Below are positions 57,902-64,000 of a stretch of 64,000 nucleotides of DNA, one piece after another. The DNA comes from Marsupella aquatica (taxonomy: Eukaryota > Plantae > Marchantiophyta), in contig OZ316899.1 of assembly GCA_973895155.1 (NCBI GenBank), forward strand, positions 2,193,573 through 2,257,572, given 5' to 3'. Made by a program: the position numbers and the translations under genes. The first letter of the stretch is position 1, and each line of letters starts with the position of its first letter. Under the pieces are notes generated by a model that was given only the letters and a program-made list of their open reading frames with translations, made no database searches and was not told the DNA's origin.

Positions 57902-60200
57902 TGTGATGCCTTGCCAGGATCACGAAGTAATAACTAAGCCTAAAAAAATGGCTAAATAAGGATAGATAGAGAGTATAAAGTAACAATAAAGATCGATGCT
58001 GATTTCTACGTGTAGATAATAAAGGAAAGGATCCAACGGTTGAGATCCAGCGAATTGGAGTTATGACCTAATCCATGCTTGATCACAAGGACCCCTAAGT
58101 GGCGGCTTTGGAGTAAGGTGACCAATACTCTGCCATTTTGCATTCTCGTGTACACGGTTTCGACATTGAGGAGCGACTGTCAGTCGAGTGCTAAGGTGGA
58201 TTGGGAGATTGTGCAAATTCTTGGCATTCGGTGGAATGAACACGGTGAATCAGGCAGGGAAGTTTTGGGGCTGTTTTCTTGAAGAAGCAAGGCAGCTGAT
58301 ACCTACGTATGAAGACGTTGAGCCGGAGCGCGCAGCCAGAGAATGAGCGGAGCTTGCGCGATTGTGGGGAATTCACAAAACGACATTCGTAGATATGGAG
58401 GAGGTGTTGGAAAAGTTCTCGTGGACACCCACCAATGCGGAGCTTGACAAATTGCTGATCCGGGAGAATAAGGTTGTGGGGATTAGGGAGGCAATCAAGA
58501 ACGCAGGGCAGCCACTTTGGGAATTGAAGGGTCACACTGCAAAGTGGACAAAGAAAGCCATTCTCGGGGAGTATTCAAGCGCTGAAGAGATGAAGCGCAA
58601 GGGAGGTTTGGCATCCGCCACTCCAGCAAAGCGAACTAGGTCGGAGAGACCAATCAAGATGGAATCCGGGCCAGTTAGAGATCGGGCTATAGAGGATAAA
58701 ACCATGATAGGGTGGGTGAACAGGTTACCTGCCGATTTACAATTACAGTTCGCAAGAGATGAGGATGAGGTCTTCAGTGCCGTTCAGGATAATAAATATG
58801 CAGGATATATGAATGACACCGGGTTGGAGGGCTTTGTCAGGTGTGCTGGAGGATGGTAGACATACTAGATGAGGATCTGTTGGACTTCGTGGGATGCTGG
58901 GAGGCTTCTTCCAACACGGCGCTGTTGTATGAAAAGGTGTTTGAACTAACACCTGCGCTTATTGAAGCCGTCTTTGCTTTACCAACAGGAAGGAAGACTA
59001 AGGTGGAGCAGAGGAAGACGTTGTTGGATGACCAGTTCAGATGTGACGCCATTGGAATTTGACAAGATGAAGGAAGCTGAAGCCGGTCTACAAGAGAGGA
59101 TTAAGGAGTGGGGGCCCGGAATGCAGAACAGGAATGCCAGCTACTAGGAGGAGAGTGGCCGGAAGAAATAAGATGGCTTAGTGAGAGGCAGGCCAAACCT
59201 CTCACTGACTTTGATCAATTACGGGCAGAGGCTTGGGAGAGACGACCTTGATGGCAGATGCTAGTATCACCTGGGAGGTCAAACTACGCAAGAAATCAGG
59301 CTAAGGAGTATGGAGACATGTGTGGACTCTTAGCCTTAGAAATCTTTGGTAATGAGTTGGAATCCGGGCCATTTCTTAGAAAAGAAGTGGCTGATCAAAC
59401 GAGATTGGAGGAGGCAATGACGTTGGAGCGGTTAAAGAAAGAGGAGGTAATCACTCGGCTTCGCTCCATGGAAGCCGAAGTTGCTAAGACAAAGTCTGGT
59501 CAACCAACTCAGCAGGATCTCTTGCCTAAGCAGCAGGAATTGGAGGTGGCGAACAACCAATTGGAAAACTACCAATTGGATAACCAGCAGATCAAGGAAA
59601 AATTGACAAAGGTAGAGCTGGAGTTAGCCGATTCAAAAGCATAAGTTCAGGGTCTAAATCGCCAGGTCGAGAGGCTGAGAAAGACGGCTAAGGATCAGGC
59701 CACCCAGAGCGAGAAGGCCTTGGCAGAAGCCCAAAGGAAGTATGACAAGTTACTCGACCGGTTGGAGGCCATACGTGAGAAGCATGATGACGCCATGTGC
59801 ACAGCGGCCAATGATCACCTAAACCGGGTTCAACAGATACGCAAGGAGCTCCAGGAGGAGCTAACCAGGACAAAGCAGGCATGGACGGACGAGGTCACAA
59901 AACTAGAAGGCATCAACGACTCCTTGAAAGCAGCCGTAGATAAGCAAGAGTTGGAGATCGTGCAGATCTTAAATGAGGAGCTGAAGATGGCCAGGTCCGA
60001 GATACAATGGCTTAACGATGAAGTTGAAGACGTATCTCAGGAATTGGAGGAGGCCAAGGATAAGATGCTCGGGTTGCAGAAGCGTGCCGACAATCAAACA
60101 GAGAAATTGAAGAAGTATGCCGAAGCGGGATATGGGTCACCAACTGAAAGGCTTCCCGTCAGTAGTATGGTAGGCGGAAATACAGTGAAGCCAAAGCCAA
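57902..60200 (+). mobile_element. Diverged, 3'-truncated and internally deleted member of the giant ORF-bearing LTR family
   Basis: Starts TGTGATGCCTTGCCAGGATCAC (compare TGTGATGCCTAGACAGGAATCAC). Fragmented ORF FSWTPTNAELDKLL...GIREAIKN...WELKG...EMKRKG, YGDMCGLLALEIFGNELESGPF and LQKRADNQTEKLKK. Confidence 0.8.
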
Positions 60201-60224
60201 AGAACAACCAATCTCCTCAATCTA

Positions 60225-60395
60225 AAATGAGAATGCCTTGCCATGCTCCATTATCATCTTTTGAAATGCCACTTGCTCAACCTCCATAAGTAACCCATCT
60301 GAACCACTTCGCCAAACTCTCTTGAGTAAACTTATGCCCTATCCGATCAGTTGGCCTCAGCCTTGGTTCCAATCTTGCTCGATCCATCACCTCCA
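60225..60395 (-). pseudogene. Short Ty3/gypsy pol fragment (pre-RT region)
   Basis: Translates as RARLEPRLRPTDRIGHKFTQESLAK..., recognised only by resemblance; lies between two truncated LTRs. Confidence 0.3.
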
Positions 60396-60397
60396 TC

Positions 60398-61728
60398 GCA
60401 CTCAACGGTCCTCACTGTCTGCACAAGCAACCAAGCACCTCGGTAAGTAACCCTTGAGGATCTAGAACTTGCCAAGTCTAGCATCCTAACTCAAGCTCAA
60501 CAGACGTTGGTAAATAGGTCACCAATAAGTCCTCCCGATGCCATAAGTCGGAACTAGAACCCACGCCCACTTTTCGTCCAGAACAGCTCCTTCCTTCGGC
60601 GTGTCCGGGTTCCCCCTCGTACCTATCCATCACCAATTGACCGCCCTGACCTCAGAACATGCTCATGACCCAAGTAGCGTAGCTTGTCCTAACGCTTGTC
60701 CCAAGCTTGTCCCGACACGCCAGGACCAGAATGGCCCCGCCTCTAGCAACCAACTCCCGACTCGCCCCACTGATGGTCTAGGGACCTAGCACACTTGGAA
60801 CTCAACCTCCATACCTACTTGGACTTGCCTCCCCGACGCAAGCTCCCTTGGGAGACTAAACGCGGCTTGGCTGCTGTTTGGCAGGATTTGGCAAGCGGAC
60901 GAGTTAACACCCGCATACCCCAAGAACCCAAGGTGCCCCCAGACCCAGCTGAGCTCAAGAGGGCGTAACCCTCCTCGACAGCTTTCCAACGCACCCAAGA
61001 AGTCCTCCAACGGACTTCCGGTTGGGAAGATATCGCCATTTCCGTTTGACGGTTTCCCTTAGTGTCGCGACCGCAGCGGCTCACGACTTCGGCTCGCCCT
61101 TAGCCCCCAGGGAGACACCACTCCCCTCCTATATATGCTTCTAGAGACCTGCCACCCCCGGACTAACTTTGGTCCCTAAACATTTGGCCCCCAACCCGGA
61201 TCCTATCGCGCATAATGGGCGCGCCACCAATAGGCAACGCCCATAACTTTCTCGTTAGGCATCCGCAAGCGGAGTGCCTTAGTCGTTGTGATTGGGCGAC
61301 CCAGTGCTCATGCCTAGGCCCTCGGGTCTCATCGCCGCTCGGGGCCCCCGATCAGCCCAACCCGGATCGGGCCATAACTTGCGCCCCAAGCGTCCGTTGC
61401 CCATGGCGTCAACTCCATGGGCCTTGGGCCCAAGAGAAGCTCACGCCCAAGCCCTCAGACCTCAAGGTCCATCCGGAGGTCCAGATGGTCGTCCTTAAGC
61501 CCGGCCCATTTACTCTTGACCCGACCAGCTCCCAGCTAGTCCAAGTCCTTAGTGTGTGTCACCAGCTTGGCTCCTTGCTTAGTTTGCTAGCGCCACATCT
61601 CGTTGCTCACAAGTCTCCCCATGCTAAGTCCTCCCTGGATGGCCTATCGGGGCCTGGACCATAAGGGAGCTTGGTGTTTGAGTCAGCGACGCCCGAGCTA
61701 AGTGTTAAGGTAGAAGAGTTCTGCGACT
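60398..61728 (-). repeat. 3' LTR of the chromoviral gypsy (distal ~140 bp lost)
   Basis: On minus it reads PPT AAGGGGGGG (61741-61733), TGCA, then AGTCGCAGAACTC..., homologous to the solo LTR 3253-4720. Confidence 0.88.
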
Positions 61729-62134
61729 TGCACCCCCCCTTAAAAATGGTCACGTCCGCGTGACCTAAGTAAACGTTCCAATACGCCTAGACCACTTTGG
61801 GCCTTAAAATTTTTATGAGGTAACAAATGGTTTGCCCATAAGGCTGAAGCAAACCAGGTTGGTATGCGTATCCCAGACTTAGGAAATTCCAACCTATCCC
61901 ACTTATCCAAGTAGGATGCCAGTCCAATCGGGTAAGCTAACTCCCAACTCGTCGGACCCATTGTCCTCCCCTTGGGGTACTCCCCTTTAGTTTGAACCAG
62001 CCCACCCACAGATGTAAGGCGGGCACCATCTACTTCCACTTGCAAAAAACAAATCGGCCGCCCAACAACCTCTAGCCCCAACGCAATCCAACTTTATCCT
62101 TAAGAGGCCGAGAGGAGTGAAACTAGGATACAAC

Positions 62135-64000
62135 TCACAAAGGTAGCTTACGATAGCTTCCAAGGATCTCTGAGGCATTACCCAAATTTTCTTCCGGTTC
62201 CCAACTACTCTCGGCCTGATCATAGCCAGCCCACTTCACCAAATACTCTAAGATTTGCCTTCCCAACTTGCGTTTGTAACAGTGGTCCAGAATTGCCTCC
62301 ACCTCAAACTCCTCAGCGTCCTCCACTAGCATGGCGTCCGGACGCAAGACCTGATCCTAGTTGGGATCATCGTCTTTGACAAACTTCTTGAGCCGGCTAA
62401 CATGGTAGCTTTTGCCCACGCCCATTTCCTTGGGTGTCTCCAACACCACCAAAACCAAATTATCCTTGTGGGCCCATCGTATGATGCGATAGGGCCCCGC
62501 ATATCTGGGGGCCAGCTTCCTACTTATGTTCCCGTGGTATTTCTCAGGTCTCAACTGCAACTAGACGCTCTCCCCAATTTCAAAGCTTACCTGGCGTCGA
62601 TGTTTATCCCCTTGCTCCTTGTACCAACTTTGGGCAAGGGTCATACCCTTGGTAGCCGCTTCCACAACTAGGCGCCGCTCTCAAATAAAATCATCCGCAG
62701 AAGGAACCTTGCTTTCCGTCCGCCAAGCTTCCGGATTTATAAACCAGGAGGGCGCCCTCGGCGTCCTCCCTGTGGCCAACACAAACGGTGCAAACCCCGT
62801 CGCTGAATGCTTGGTCGAGTTATACCTAAACTCGGCCATTGTTAAGTGTTTTGCCCAATCCTTTTGATTGGCCGTCACAAAGTGACGCAAGTAGTCCTCC
62901 ACGATACCATTCACCTGTTCTATTTGGCCATTTGTCTCATGATGATACGCTGATCCCCTAGTCAGGTCCGTTTCGGATAACCAGAACAACGCCTTGCAGA
63001 AATGGCCTGTGAACTTGGTATCGCGATCGGAGAGGATGTGAAACGGCAATCCCCATTGTCGGAAGACATTGTCAAACACTAGACCGGCAACCTCTCGGGC
63101 CGAAACCACTTTTGTAGTAGGCAAGAAATACGCCATCTTGGAAAAATGATCCACGATTGTTAAGATGGAGTTACTGCCGTGGGACTCAGGTAACCCAACA
63201 ATGAAGTCCATGGAGATAGACTCCCATGGAGCCGCAGGTACCGGTAAGGGTTGCAGAAGTCCTCCTTTTGCCCTATAGACCGTTCGGTTCTTTTGGCACA
63301 AGTAACAACTTTGCACGTGGCGAAAGACCAATTGCTTCATGTCCGGCTAGTACACATCTTGCAACATGCTGCGATACGTAGCGGCTTGTCCTCCATGCCC
63401 TCCCCAGGGCGAGTTGCCTCTAACCTTAGAGACTCTGGTATGTACACACGCCTCTGCTTGTATCGCCATACCTGAACATTATGCATCGTATCCAACCCCA
63501 ATGACACGTGCCTTACCTTGCCTTGGCTACCCCCATTGCTTTGCCATTCCTTAGCCAACCTGTCATCCTCATACGCTGCGGCCAGAACCTTTGGCCACTC
63601 AGATTCGAGCATCGTGATCCCATTGACACAATGATGGTCCTTACGCGATAATACGTCAGTTGCCATGTTTGTCTTCCCAGGAACGTGACGGACTTCGAAA
63701 TCAAAATCCGCCAAGAACATCTGCCAGCGCATTTCCTTGGCGTTCAACATTGGCTTAGAATTCAAGTACCCAACGGGCAAGCTATCTGTGTGGATTACTA
63801 CTTTGGGACCATTCTTAAGGTAAATCTCCCACTTCTTCAACGCATAGATCACAACATACATTTCCCTTTCAGGTGTGATCCAATGATTTTCCAACTTACA
63901 TGACTCAAAGGCCACAGGACGCCCATCTTGGTGAAGACAGGCGCCAATGGCATAATCACTTGTGTTTGTCCAAATCTCAAACGGCTTCCCCATCTCAGGT
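62135..64000 (-). pseudogene. Chromoviral Ty3/gypsy pol 3' part (RNase H, integrase, chromodomain), with stops and frameshifts; continues beyond the window
   Basis: RNase H EIWTNTSDYAIGACL...IHTDSL. Integrase CYLCQKN...PWESISMDFI...SDRDTKF...ETNGQIE. Chromodomain EFEVEAILDH...YLVKWAGYDQAESSWEPEENL. Confidence 0.95.

Overview
This is plant nuclear DNA made almost entirely of nested transposable elements. The element families suggest a non-seed land plant such as a liverwort or moss (inference). No intact host gene, RNA gene or CRISPR array was found. Contents: (i) a non-chromoviral Ty3/gypsy family with ~4.7-kb LTRs that themselves carry a ~1200-aa ORF (3' LTR 7504-12172 next to pol; solo LTR 46293-50984 with CATAT TSD and an intact 1217-aa ORF; a diverged relative from 57902); (ii) a chromodomain Ty3/gypsy whose ~1.47-kb LTR ends in AGT...ACT rather than TG...CA (4 LTR copies, pol at 62135-64000); (iii) two Bianca-like Ty1/copia elements with 152-158 bp LTRs and 5-bp TSDs (17110-23712, 27888-32876), one carrying a nested MITE; (iv) a ~690-bp tandem repeat array; (v) a full-length, frameshifted L1-type LINE with a 17-bp TSD (33456-40171); (vi) a MULE transposase pseudogene; (vii) a degenerate multi-exon gene ending in a beta-class (N4/N6) DNA methyltransferase-like domain (about 51617-55250, minus). 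All family and domain calls come from motifs recognised by eye; no database search was run.
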